From: Trueperaceae bacterium
GTDB taxonomy: Bacteria > Deinococcota > Deinococci > Deinococcales > Trueperaceae
Length of the DNA stretch: 64,000 bases
NCBI GenBank assembly: GCA_035266525.1
Contig: DATFNF010000020.1
Span: 35,326-99,325, forward strand
Direction of reading: 5' to 3'
This document shows positions 18,247 through 28,422 of this stretch, in pieces. The notes under the pieces are model-generated. The model made no database searches, was not told the DNA's origin, and was given only the letters and a program-made list of their open reading frames with translations. Each line of letters begins with the position of its first letter. Position 1 is the stretch's first letter. A program made the position numbers and the translations under genes.

Positions 18247-19172
18247 CAGTCCACCTCCACGCCGAGGCTGACTACGTACGCCACGACGAACAGGCCGATG
18301 ATGACGAAGATGCCAACGGACATGGCGGAGCCGTAGCCGAGCGCGCCGAAGTCGACGAGCTGCTGGCGGGCGTACACGGCCATGGACATGGTGTTGGGGT
18401 TGGTGCCGGTCATGACGTAGATGGCATCGAAGACCCGGAGGGCATCGAGCGTGCGGAAGATGAGGGCCACGAGCAGCGCCGGCCTCAGCAGCGGCAAGGT
18501 GACCCGGACGAAGTTCTGCCAGGGGTTCGCGCCGTCCACCCTGCCGGCCTCGTAGAGCTCACCGGGGATCGACTGCAGGCCGGCGAGCAGGAGCAGCGCC
18601 ATGAAGGGCGTCGTCTTCCAGACGTCGACCGAGATGACCGCCGGCATCATCAGCTTGGGGTTCGCCAGCCAGGCGTAGGCCTTGTCCGTCAGGTGGAGCT
18701 TCATGAAGATGTCGTTGATGACGCCGTAGACGTCGTTGTACATCCAGCGCCACATCTGCGCCGAGACGACCGTGGGGATCGCCCAGGGGATCAGCATGGC
18801 GGTGCGCATCGCGCCGCGCCCGGGGAACTTGGCGTTCACGAGCATGGCGATGCCGAGGCCGAGGACCGTCTCGATGCCTACCGAGACCACCGTGAACACC
18901 ACGGTGTTCAGCACCGAGTGCCACCACTGGCTGTCCTGCAGGAGGAACTTGTAGTTGAGGAACCCGACCACGTGCGACTTCAGGGGGAACTGCAGCAGGC
19001 TGGTCTGCGTGAAGCTGAGCTGGATGGTACGGAACAGCGGGTAGCCGGCGACGAGCAGGATGACGATGAGCGAGGGGGCCAGGAACAGCCAGGCCGTTCG
19101 CGCCCGCCGGCGCTCCAGCGACATGCCCCGCCCCCCGCGCCGGCGCTTGGCCTCGATCGCGGTCTGTTGCAT
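18246..19172 (-). CDS. Carbohydrate ABC transporter permease (MalF/UgpA-like)
   Basis: Track ORF. Polytopic membrane protein, in an operon with the binding protein and the second permease. Confidence 0.9.
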   Translation of the reverse strand: MQQTAIEAKRRRGGRGMSLERRRARTAWLFLAPSLIVILLVAGYPLFRTIQLSFTQTSLLQFPLKSHVVGFLNYKFLLQDSQWWHSVLNTVVFTVVSVGIETVLGLGIAMLVNAKFPGRGAMRTAMLIPWAIPTVVSAQMWRWMYNDVYGVINDIFMKLHLTDKAYAWLANPKLMMPAVISVDVWKTTPFMALLLLAGLQSIPGELYEAGRVDGANPWQNFVRVTLPLLRPALLVALIFRTLDALRVFDAIYVMTGTNPNTMSMAVYARQQLVDFGALGYGSAMSVGIFVIIGLFVVAYVVSLGVEVD

Positions 19173-19231
19173 CGGTCACCTCTGGTCGGGAATCCACGAG
19201 AGACGGCGCCCGGTCGCTACAGAAGGGCGGC

Positions 19232-19250
19232 CCCTCCCGTGACGGGAGGG
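19232..19250 (-). other. Intercistronic stem-loop between the binding-protein and permease genes
   Basis: CCCTCCCG (19232-19239) pairs with CGGGAGGG (19243-19250), 3-nt loop. It lies 20 nt downstream of the binding-protein stop. Such hairpins commonly stabilise or attenuate after the binding-protein cistron. Confidence 0.35.
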
Positions 19251-19270
19251 ACCGCGACCGGGTGCCGGGT

Positions 19271-20548
<1,278 letters not shown>

Positions 20549-20805
20549 GGTTCACCTCTTTCCCTAGGTATCACCCCGGGGGCACGAGGCCGGCGGAGCG
20601 ATGGTACCCAGAACAAGCGACGGAGCCTACCGCTACCGCGGGACTGCGGCCATGTTCCGGTATGCCTCCGCTCCCCCCGGGATGGTCGTCTGCTTCGCAC
20701 GAACGATAGCACGTGCCTGTCGGCATCGCAACCGGAACATCGTGTGGTACGACGACAACGAACCGCCGTCGGCATGATGTGGTCACGCCGGCGGCGGCGA
20801 CCGCG

Positions 20806-21873
20806 TCACGCCAGCGGTCGCCCCACCATGCGGGTGATGATCTGCTGGAACTCGATCTCGTGGAAGGGCTTGAGGAGCACCTCGGCGCGGGGACGCCGGG
20901 CGCGACCGAAGATCCCGCCCTTGGGCTCCTCGTCGACCAGCATGAGCACCGGGAGGTGGCTCTGGCCGGGCTGCTTCCGCAGCTCCTTGACCAGGGCCCA
21001 GCCGGCGCCCTCCTGGTCGTCGACGACCAGGGCCGAAGGGTGGATGCCGGGCAGCACCTTGAGGGCGTCGTCGTAGTCGAGCGCCACCTCGGCGCGGAGC
21101 CGCGCGCGTTGCAGCGACAGCCGCAGCAGCCGCTGCAACGCGCTGCTGGGCGACACCGCCAGGACCAGCGGGTCCTCCACGCGGAACGGTTGTGCCTCGA
21201 TCACGCCACGCTCGCTCAGCTCGTGCATGAGGTGGAAGACGTGCGTCTCGGTGAGGTCGAGCTCGGCCGCCACCGAGCGCGCGGTGCGCTTGCCGTCCAC
21301 GTAGCCGAGGACCTCCCAGGCGCCGGCCGGCATGTCCACCTTGGTGGGGTCGCCGCTGCGCCGGTAGATGGTGTCGGTGTCCACCAGCCCGCCCTCGAAC
21401 TCGTGCTGCCGCTGCGCCACGGACATGAGCAGGGCCATCGCGTCCACCGAGTGGTTGGTCGGGGCCTGCGATGCCCAGCCGGAGCGCTCGGCGAAGTTGA
21501 ACTGGCCGTCGGACCAGCTCATCAGCTCGCTGACGACCTCCAGCACCTGCCGCTCGAGCGCGTGCTTGAGGTCGTCCTCGTCGATGAGCCGCATCTCCAC
21601 CGCCATCAGGCCGAGCGGGGTGCCGGCGTTCTCGACGTGCTGGCGCCTCAGGATCTCCTGCACCTCGTGGGTGGTCAGCAGGTCCATGCGCACCAGGATC
21701 TCGCCGAGGTGGACGCCGGGCGAGATGTGGGCGTACTGGATGCGGCCTTGCTCGAAGTAGATGCGGGCGCGCGCCTTGCCGCGCATGACCGTGAGGATCC
21801 CCGACTTCTGACCCGTGGCGATGATCTGGAACACGTCCGACAGCGGGACGTTACGGAGACCCCCCTCGATCAT
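20806..21873 (-). CDS. PATAN/DUF4388 domain protein with central winged-helix-like segment and C-terminal degenerate receiver domain
   Basis: Track ORF. The N-terminus LSDVFQIIATGQKSGILTVMRGKARARIYFEQGRIQYA is the DUF4388 signature. The middle segment is VLGYVDGKRTARSVAAELDLTETHVFHLMHELSERGVIE. The C-terminal REC-like fold keeps VVDD and LLKPF but lacks the N-terminal acidic pair. The start is 7 nt after the ruvB stop, with an overlapping GAGGA. Confidence 0.75.
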   Translation of the reverse strand: MIEGGLRNVPLSDVFQIIATGQKSGILTVMRGKARARIYFEQGRIQYAHISPGVHLGEILVRMDLLTTHEVQEILRRQHVENAGTPLGLMAVEMRLIDEDDLKHALERQVLEVVSELMSWSDGQFNFAERSGWASQAPTNHSVDAMALLMSVAQRQHEFEGGLVDTDTIYRRSGDPTKVDMPAGAWEVLGYVDGKRTARSVAAELDLTETHVFHLMHELSERGVIEAQPFRVEDPLVLAVSPSSALQRLLRLSLQRARLRAEVALDYDDALKVLPGIHPSALVVDDQEGAGWALVKELRKQPGQSHLPVLMLVDEEPKGGIFGRARRPRAEVLLKPFHEIEFQQIITRMVGRPLA

Positions 21874-21880
21874 CCCGTCC

Positions 21881-22867
21881 TCAGCCGCCCTCGCCGAAGA
21901 GTCCGGCCGGTGCCGGGGCCGTCTCGAGCCCCAGGTGCGTGTAGGCGGCCTCCGTGGCCATGCGCCCGCGCGGGGTACGTTTCAGGAGGCCGCGTTGGAT
22001 GAGGAACGGCTCGTACACCTCCTCCAGCGTGGCCCGGTCCTCCCCGACGGCGGTGGCGAGGGTATCGAGCCCCACCGGCCCGCCGGCGAACTTCTCGACG
22101 AGCGCCGCCAGGATGGTCCGGTCGCGCCGGTCGAGGCCCGCATCGTCGATGCCCAGCGCTCCCAGCGCCGCGCCGGTGCGCTCGAGCGTGATCCGCGGTT
22201 CGCCGGCGACCTCGGCGAAGTCGCGCACGCGCCTCAGCAGGCGCTTGGCGATGCGCATGGTTCCCCGTGCCCGACGGCCGATCTCCAGCGCCGCCGCGGG
22301 GTCGAGGTCGAAGCCCAGCATCTCCGCGTCCCTGGCCACGGCCTCCGCCAGCTCGCTCTCGACGTAGAAGTCGAGGTGCTCGATGATGCCGAAGCGGCTG
22401 CGCAGCGGGCCGGTGATGAGCCCGGGGCGCGTGGTGGCGCCGACCAGCGTGAAGCGTGGCAGGTCGAGACGGATCGACCGCGCGGCGGGCCCCTGGCCCA
22501 GCACGATGTCGATCTTGAAGTCCTCCATGGCGGGGTAGAGATGCTCCTCGGCCACGCGGCCCAGCCGGTGGATCTCGTCGATGAACAGCACGTCGCCGTC
22601 TTCGAGCGCGTTGGTGAGGATGGCGGCCAGGTCGCCGGGCTTCTCGATGGCAGGACCGCTGGTGACGCGGATGCCCACCCCCAACTCGGCAGCGATGATG
22701 TGGGCGAGGGTGGTCTTGCCGAGGCCGGGGGGCCCGTACAGCAGCACGTGGTCGAGGGGCTCTTCGCGATTGCGGGCCGCCTCCAGGTAGACCTCCAGCT
22801 TGCGCTTCAGCCGCCGTTGCCCCACGTACTCGGCGAGCGAAGACGGTCGCAGTCGCGCGTCCTCCAC
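21881..22867 (-). CDS. ruvB: Holliday junction branch migration DNA helicase RuvB
   Basis: Track ORF. Motifs [30 protein letters not shown] and the C-terminal RTPRGR. Confidence 0.95.
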   Translation of the reverse strand: MEDARLRPSSLAEYVGQRRLKRKLEVYLEAARNREEPLDHVLLYGPPGLGKTTLAHIIAAELGVGIRVTSGPAIEKPGDLAAILTNALEDGDVLFIDEIHRLGRVAEEHLYPAMEDFKIDIVLGQGPAARSIRLDLPRFTLVGATTRPGLITGPLRSRFGIIEHLDFYVESELAEAVARDAEMLGFDLDPAAALEIGRRARGTMRIAKRLLRRVRDFAEVAGEPRITLERTGAALGALGIDDAGLDRRDRTILAALVEKFAGGPVGLDTLATAVGEDRATLEEVYEPFLIQRGLLKRTPRGRMATEAAYTHLGLETAPAPAGLFGEGG

Positions 22868-22873
22868 GGCATC

Positions 22874-22882
22874 ACACTAGCA
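22874..22882 (-). promoter_or_regulatory. Candidate extended -10 promoter TGCTAGTGT for ruvB (leaderless geometry)
   Basis: The minus strand reads CATGCTAGTGTGATGCC followed by GTG 22867, with a 6-nt gap and no SD. Confidence 0.35.
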
Positions 22883-22962
22883 TGCGGCCGAGCGGCGCCA
22901 ACATGCGGAACCTAACGCCTGCCGGCTCCTCGACGGACCGAACGCCGCGGCCGTGGCGCCGG

Positions 22963-22971
22963 TGCTAGCCT
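22963..22971 (+). promoter_or_regulatory. Candidate extended -10 promoter TGCTAGCCT for purU (leaderless geometry)
   Basis: GGTGCTAGCCTGGCCGCC followed by ATG 22979, with a 7-nt gap and no SD. Confidence 0.4.
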
Positions 22972-22978
22972 GGCCGCC

Positions 22979-23914
22979 ATGGCGGAGCGGTCGGATCCTC
23001 AGCGGCGGCCGGACACGGGCGGACCGCCCGCGCCCGGCGGAGCGCCGTCGTCCACGGGCGGCAGGGCCCGACTCCTGATCTCCTGCCCGGACCGGCCCGG
23101 CATCGTCGCCGCGGTATCGCGGTTCCTGTACGAACGCGGCGCCAACATCACCGACGCCGACCAGCACAGCAGCGATCCCCACGGGGGCACGTTCTTCATG
23201 CGCATGGCGTTCGAGCTGGCCGGCGACGCTGCGCTCGACGCGCTCCGGGTGGCGTTCGCGCGTGACGTGGCCTCCCGCCTCGACATGCGCTGGCGCATGA
23301 CCGACGCACGGCAAGGCAAGCGCATCGCCATCCTGGCGTCCAAGGTCGAGCATTGCCTGCAGGAGCTCCTGTGGCGGCGCAGGGCCGGCGAGTTCGAGGA
23401 CGCCATCGTCATGGTGATCTCCAATCACGACGTCTTGCGCCCGGTGGTGGAGGGCTTCGACGTGCCGTTCCACCACCTGCCGATCGCGCCCGGCCAAGGT
23501 TCCGGGGCGGCGCAGGAGACGCGGGTGCTGGGGCTCCTGGAGGGGGCCGCGGATGTGGTGGTGCTGGCGCGTTACATGCAGATCCTGAGCCCGGAGTTCG
23601 TGGCCCGCTACCCCGAGCGCATCATCAACATCCATCACTCGTTCCTGCCGGCTTTCAGCGGCGGGCGCCCCTACCACCGCGCCTACGAACGCGGCGTGAA
23701 GCTGATCGGCGCCACCGCGCACTACGTCACCGACGCGCTGGATCAGGGACCGATCATCGAGCAGGACGTGGTGCGCGTGACGCATCGGCACAACGTGCCG
23801 GAGCTGGTGCGGATGGGGCGGGAGATCGAACGGCGGGTGCTGGCGAGAGCCGTCAAGCTCCACCTCGAGGACCGCATCCTGGTGCACGGGAACAAGACCA
23901 TCGTCTTCGACTAG
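22979..23914 (+). CDS. purU: Formyltetrahydrofolate deformylase
   Basis: Track ORF. N-terminal ACT domain ([19 protein letters not shown]) and a formyltransferase domain ([18 protein letters not shown]). Confidence 0.9.
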   Translation: MAERSDPQRRPDTGGPPAPGGAPSSTGGRARLLISCPDRPGIVAAVSRFLYERGANITDADQHSSDPHGGTFFMRMAFELAGDAALDALRVAFARDVASRLDMRWRMTDARQGKRIAILASKVEHCLQELLWRRRAGEFEDAIVMVISNHDVLRPVVEGFDVPFHHLPIAPGQGSGAAQETRVLGLLEGAADVVVLARYMQILSPEFVARYPERIINIHHSFLPAFSGGRPYHRAYERGVKLIGATAHYVTDALDQGPIIEQDVVRVTHRHNVPELVRMGREIERRVLARAVKLHLEDRILVHGNKTIVFD

Positions 23915-23973
23915 GGGTTACCCTTTGGGGGTGCCGCCGGCAGGCGCCGGCCCCGAGTCGGAGGTTGAAGAGG

Positions 23974-24534
23974 ATGCAGACGCACCATGTACGCATCGGA
24001 GATCAGGAGCGGGACCTCCAGATCGTCAACGTGGGGGAGGTGTCGGTGGCGCTCCTGAACCTGCTCGGCGACGCCGATCTCACGGAGGCCGCGGCGGCCG
24101 AGCTGGCCAAGCGCATCCCCGCCGAGGTGGAGACCCTGGTGACGCCGGAGGTGAAGGCGGTGCCCCTGGCGCATGCCATCAGCGTGCGCACCAAGATCCC
24201 CTATGTGGTGGCCCGCAAGACGGAGAAGCCCTACATGGTGGGTGCCGTCAAGAAGACGGTCGTCAGCATCACCACCGGCCGGCCGCAGGAGCTGGTGATC
24301 GACGGGGCCGACATCGAACGCCTGCGCTCGAAGCGCGTGGCCATCGTGGACGACGTGGTCAGCACCGGCGGCACGCTGCAGGGCCTGCGCGACCTGCTGA
24401 ACGAGGTCGGCGCCCACGTGGTCGCCACGCTGGCGGTGTTCACGGAGGGCGGCGACCGGCCCGACGTGGTGGCCCTGGGCCATCTCCCGTTGTACCCGGC
24501 GAGCGGCCGCGAGGCCCCCTCGGATACGGCCTGA
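23974..24534 (+). CDS. Phosphoribosyltransferase family protein (Apt-like)
   Basis: In the frame of track ORF 23353..24534. PRPP-binding motif [18 protein letters not shown] lies 8 nt upstream of ATG 23974. Confidence 0.8.
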   Translation: MQTHHVRIGDQERDLQIVNVGEVSVALLNLLGDADLTEAAAAELAKRIPAEVETLVTPEVKAVPLAHAISVRTKIPYVVARKTEKPYMVGAVKKTVVSITTGRPQELVIDGADIERLRSKRVAIVDDVVSTGGTLQGLRDLLNEVGAHVVATLAVFTEGGDRPDVVALGHLPLYPASGREAPSDTA

Positions 24535-24573
24535 ACCCGCACCCAGACGCGGTCCTCGCCGGTCGGGGGCGCG

Positions 24574-24582
24574 TGCTATCGT
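24574..24582 (+). promoter_or_regulatory. Candidate extended -10 promoter TGCTATCGT upstream of dnaG
   Basis: TGn plus TATCGT. The identical 10-mer GTGCTATCGT recurs on the minus strand upstream of the sugar-binding-protein gene (20703-20712). Confidence 0.3.
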
Positions 24583-24636
24583 GAAGCCACGCCGGTGGCC
24601 GGCGCTCGTGTCACGGTGGAGCGGAAGGTCCTGAGC

Positions 24637-26484
24637 ATGCCCCCTGATCCCAAGGAGCTCATCCGGGAACGTCTGAACATCGCGGACGTGATCGGCGACA
24701 TGGTGGCGCTGAAGCCGGCCGGGCGCGGCCAGATGAAGGGGCTGTGCCCCTTCCACAGCGAGAAGACGCCGTCGTTCCACGTGCATCTCGATCGCGGGTT
24801 CTACTACTGCTTCGGCTGCCAGGCGAAAGGCGACATCTTCGACTTCGTCATGCAGACCCAGGGGCTGGGGTTCGCGGATGCGCTGCGCATGCTGGGCGAA
24901 CGGGCCGGCGTGGACGTGGGCACGCCCACGGCGGCCAGCGGGCGGCGGCGCGACCTCTTCGACGTCAACGGCCTGGCCCTGGGGTACTTCCGCGGCCACC
25001 TCGAAGGGGAGGCTCTGGCCTACCTCGAGGGGCGCGGCCTGAGCCGTGCCAGCATCGATGCCTTCGAGCTGGGTTTCGCGCCCGACGGTTGGGACGGCCT
25101 GCTCAAGCATGCCCTGACCAAAGGCGTGCGCGACGACGACCTGCTGGCCGTGGGCCTGGTCGTCGAGAACGAGCGCGGCCGGCGTTACGACCGCTTCCGC
25201 AACCGCGTCATGTTCCCGATCAAGGACGCCATGGGACGGGTGGTGGGCTTCTCCGGCCGGGTGCTGGACGGCGGTGGGGAGCCGAAGTACCTGAACACGC
25301 CCGAGACCGAGCTGTTCCACAAGGGCGAGCTGCTCTACGGCCTCGACCGTGCCCGGCCGGCCATCCGCAGGTCGGGCGACGTGATCGTGGTGGAGGGGTA
25401 CATGGACGTCATCGCTCTCCACCAGACCGGCTTCGAGCACGCCGTGGCGGCCCTCGGCGCCGCGCTGACGGAGCAGCAGGCGGAGCAGCTGGCTCGGCTG
25501 GACGCCCGGCGCGTCCTGCTGGCGTTCGACGCCGACGACGCCGGCCAGCGGGCGGTGCTGGCGGGGCTGGACCAGGCGGTGGGCAGGCGCCTGCTGGTCA
25601 GTGCGGTGCGCGTACCGCACGGCAAGGATCCGGCCGATGCGGTGCTGGGCGGGCACGTCGACGCCTTCCGCGAGGCGCTGGAGCACGGCCTCTCCGAGGT
25701 CGAGTTCCGGTTCCGGCGCGTCGTCGAGCGTTTCGATCGCTCCGGCATCGAGGGACAGCGGCAGATCCTCGAGGAGCTGGCGCCCGTGCTGGTGCCGCGC
25801 GACGTCTTCGATCCCGTGGCCGCGGAGATGCGCCGCCTCGTCATCGATCACCTGGGCATGGACGGCGCGCGCCTCGACGCCTGGATCGAGGCCAATCATC
25901 GCCGCCAGCGCCCGCTCTCCGAGACGCAGGTGCGCGGGATGCGCAGGCGCCGGGTCGAGGTCGATCAGGTGCGCGCCGTGGAGCTCGAGCTCGTGGCGCT
26001 GCTGCTGAGCCGGCCCGGGCGTCTGCGCCGGCGTCTGGACGCGGCCCTGGCGCAGCTCCCCGAGGACCGTCAGGGCTCGGCGCTCGTCGAGCTGGCAGCG
26101 CTGTGCGACGAGCATGGGGACGACCCCGAGGCGGTGCTGCTGGCCTACCGCGAGCGCGAGGAGGGGGCGCACGTGTTCGAGCGCGTGCTGGCGCTCTCGG
26201 GTGAGGACCCCGAGGTCCGCTTCGATGCCGATGATGCCGTGAGCCAGGCGCTGTCGCGCCTGCGCGAGCTCCATCTCGAGGCGCGCAAGGAGAGCACCCG
26301 CTCGCGGCTGCTGGCCCGGCGCGAGGAGCTGGGGCGGCTGCTGGAGGACCCGGGCGCGGGCGGTCAGCAGGTGCCCGAGCTCTACGCCGAGCTGCAGCAG
26401 ATACACGCCGTGCTGTCCGAGCGCGAGGCGGAGCGGCGCACGCGCGTCCCGGCGCGCCGCACCAGAGGCAAGCGGCGGCGCTGA
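24637..26484 (+). CDS. dnaG: DNA primase
   Basis: Track ORF 24595..26484. Zinc-ribbon CPFHSEKTPSFHV...YYCFGCQAKGD and TOPRIM VVEGYMDVI, FDADDAGQRA. I prefer ATG 24637 (SD GGAGCGGAAGG); the in-frame GTG 24595 is possible. Confidence 0.9.
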   Translation: MPPDPKELIRERLNIADVIGDMVALKPAGRGQMKGLCPFHSEKTPSFHVHLDRGFYYCFGCQAKGDIFDFVMQTQGLGFADALRMLGERAGVDVGTPTAASGRRRDLFDVNGLALGYFRGHLEGEALAYLEGRGLSRASIDAFELGFAPDGWDGLLKHALTKGVRDDDLLAVGLVVENERGRRYDRFRNRVMFPIKDAMGRVVGFSGRVLDGGGEPKYLNTPETELFHKGELLYGLDRARPAIRRSGDVIVVEGYMDVIALHQTGFEHAVAALGAALTEQQAEQLARLDARRVLLAFDADDAGQRAVLAGLDQAVGRRLLVSAVRVPHGKDPADAVLGGHVDAFREALEHGLSEVEFRFRRVVERFDRSGIEGQRQILEELAPVLVPRDVFDPVAAEMRRLVIDHLGMDGARLDAWIEANHRRQRPLSETQVRGMRRRRVEVDQVRAVELELVALLLSRPGRLRRRLDAALAQLPEDRQGSALVELAALCDEHGDDPEAVLLAYREREEGAHVFERVLALSGEDPEVRFDADDAVSQALSRLRELHLEARKESTRSRLLARREELGRLLEDPGAGGQQVPELYAELQQIHAVLSEREAERRTRVPARRTRGKRRR

Positions 26485-26507
26485 CGCCGAACCGCCGCCG
26501 GCGTCAG
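26481..26507. terminator. Hairpin spanning both stop codons of convergent dnaG and the methyltransferase gene
   Basis: CTGACGCCG (26481-26489) pairs with CGGCGTCAG (26499-26507), 9-nt loop. Confidence 0.4.
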
Positions 26508-28198
26508 TCCGCCGCCGGCGGGGTGCCCCCCGGCGGCCCGCGCCGCAGCGACCGCAGGCGCGCGGCGCCGGCGCGCAGGGCCTCGACGTCGGCAGGCGCG
26601 AGCCCGGCGGCGTCCAGCAGCAAGGCGCGGTCGGCGGCGGCGCGCGCGGCCTCGCGGTCGTTCGCGCGCAGGGCCGCGTCGGCGGCCGCGAAGGTCCGGT
26701 CGAGGTCGTGGCCGGACGCCGGCCGGCCCTGCGGCTCCGGAGGGGACAGCAGCGGTAACAGCAGCCGGAGGGCCTCCGACGGCTCGAGCTTCAACATCCC
26801 CCCGCCCAGAGCGTGCCCCTCCATCTCGGCGCTGAGCTCGGCCAGCGAGCTCAGCGCGGCCAATGCCAGCAGCCGCGCCGCGCCGGGCGCGGCCGACGGG
26901 GCGAGCCGCACCGCATGCAGCGTGTTGGATACCACGGCTCCGGCCTCGTTGACGGCGAGGCGCGGGGCGACGGCGCACATGGCGGTGAGGACGAGGTCGG
27001 GGGGCGTAGCCCGACCGACGCGGTACCAGGGCCGGCGGCGGCGGATCTTGGCTCGGCCGCGGACCCCGTCGTCGGCGGTCCGGAGGTAGGCGGCCACGGC
27101 CGGGTCGTCGCCGTCCTCGGGGAGCAGCAGGTAGCCGCTGTGCCCGCGCTCGCCGCCGCGCCGCCAGTCCTCCTCGGTGACGGTCAGCCCGCGCAGGGCA
27201 CGACTGCGGAACAGGGCAGGGCGCAGGTGGCGGGGCGCCAGCTCCAGCGCCCGGGCGCGCCCCGGTGTCAGCTGGAAGAAGGCGTTGGCGCCCGTCACGT
27301 AACCGGTGCTCACGCCGGCCCACACGCCCAGCGCGCTGCACCTCCCGCTCCCGCGCAGCGCGCCGAACAGCTCGGCCGCCGGCTCCGGCAGCCAGGCATG
27401 ATGCAGGCGCGCGGCGCCGCACACGAGCGCGCCGGCGTCGAGCCGCCGGTGCGGCAGGCTCGACAGGCCGCCTGCCAGCGCCGCCGCGGAAGCGAGGTGC
27501 GCGACCGAGAAGCCCTCGAACGCGCGGCCGTGCCCGTCGGCGAGGAGGAGCAGGGCTCCCTGGTCGAGGCGCGGGAACAGCGCGGACTCGAAGAGCACGA
27601 AGGTCGCTCGGGCGAAGCGCTGCCGGAGCAGGTCGAGGACGCTGCGGGCGTAGCGCGCGTGGCCGATCTCGCTGGGCAGGACCAGCGCCAGGCGGCCGCC
27701 GGGCGCGAGGAAGCGCTCGGCGTGGAGCACGAAGGCCGCCCAGCTCGACGCGAGCGGGTCGGCACGCAGCCCCGCCGCGGCGGCGATGGCGGCCGCCCGC
27801 TCCCGCTGCGAGCGGTCCAGGCGTTGGAAGCGTACGTAGGGCGGGTTGCCCACGACCGCGTCGACCGGCGGCAGGCGTGCAGGGTCCAACGCCAGGAAGT
27901 CGCCGACCGCGACGCGGCCGGCGTCGGCGCCGGCCGAGGCGAGCCGGGCCCGCGCCTCGCGGGCGGCGTCCGCGCGGAGCTCCACGCCCGTCACGGCGGG
28001 CGCCCGGCACCCCAGGGCGCGCAGGCGCGCCGACGCCTCGGACAGGAACACCCCGTCGCCGGCGGCCGGGTCGAGCACGCTGTCGGTCGCCCGGCGGAGC
28101 GCCCAGGCGGCGAGTGCCCGGGCCACGGATGGCGGGGTATAGTATGCGCCGACGGACTTGACTCCGTTCGGTGCTCCGTAGGAGGGGTCCCGGCCCAC
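26504..28198 (-). CDS. Gamma-class N6-adenine DNA methyltransferase with TaqI/Eco57I-like C-terminal specificity region
   Basis: Track ORF, 564 aa. Motifs YYTPPSVARAL, AdoMet motif VLDPAAGDGVFL, catalytic VVGNPPYVRFQ, and a TRD-like GVSTGYVTGANAFF. No nuclease domain or partner gene is visible. Confidence 0.8.
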   Translation of the reverse strand: MGRDPSYGAPNGVKSVGAYYTPPSVARALAAWALRRATDSVLDPAAGDGVFLSEASARLRALGCRAPAVTGVELRADAAREARARLASAGADAGRVAVGDFLALDPARLPPVDAVVGNPPYVRFQRLDRSQRERAAAIAAAAGLRADPLASSWAAFVLHAERFLAPGGRLALVLPSEIGHARYARSVLDLLRQRFARATFVLFESALFPRLDQGALLLLADGHGRAFEGFSVAHLASAAALAGGLSSLPHRRLDAGALVCGAARLHHAWLPEPAAELFGALRGSGRCSALGVWAGVSTGYVTGANAFFQLTPGRARALELAPRHLRPALFRSRALRGLTVTEEDWRRGGERGHSGYLLLPEDGDDPAVAAYLRTADDGVRGRAKIRRRRPWYRVGRATPPDLVLTAMCAVAPRLAVNEAGAVVSNTLHAVRLAPSAAPGAARLLALAALSSLAELSAEMEGHALGGGMLKLEPSEALRLLLPLLSPPEPQGRPASGHDLDRTFAAADAALRANDREAARAAADRALLLDAAGLAPADVEALRAGAARLRSLRRGPPGGTPPAAD

Positions 28199-28203
28199 GT
28201 CGG

Positions 28204-28209
28204 AGTCTA
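28204..28209 (-). promoter_or_regulatory. Candidate -10 box TAGACT for the methyltransferase gene (leaderless geometry)
   Basis: The minus strand reads GGGTAGACTCCGAC followed by GTG 28198. Confidence 0.3.
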
Positions 28210-28267
28210 CCCGGGGCGCCGCCCGACAGCGGCGATCTCAGGGGGCTGCGGGGGACATCTGTCTCGA

Positions 28268-28297
28268 TTGACACGAAATCCCGGCGGTTGATATGGT
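28268..28297 (+). promoter_or_regulatory. Candidate sigma-70-type promoter of the V/A-ATPase operon
   Basis: TTGACA (28268-28273), 18-nt spacer, TATGGT (28292-28297). This is the best -35/-10 pair seen in the window and implies a leader of about 120 nt before the TTG 28423 start. Confidence 0.4.
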
Positions 28298-28422
28298 TGG
28301 TCGGAAACGCCCAAGGGGTTCTTGCCGCGTCAGACGCGGTTTCTTGTACCTCACGCAGCATCCAGGCGACTTCACGACAACCTGTCGTAACCCGCGTCGA
28401 CGCGCGGCGGAAGGAGGGCTGG

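Noticed and set aside
24595-24636. N-terminal 14-aa extension of DnaG from the in-frame GTG 24595.
   Set aside because: ATG 24637 has a GGAGCGGAAGG SD and gives the usual short N-terminus before the zinc-ribbon region. The extension has no conserved features. Ambiguity remains.
26504-28422. A restriction endonuclease or BREX/DISARM-type partner for the methyltransferase.
   Set aside because: Both flanks are occupied by dnaG and the ATPase operon. The other frames over the gene give only Arg/Ala/Pro-rich artefact ORFs. The protein is far shorter than PglX-like enzymes.
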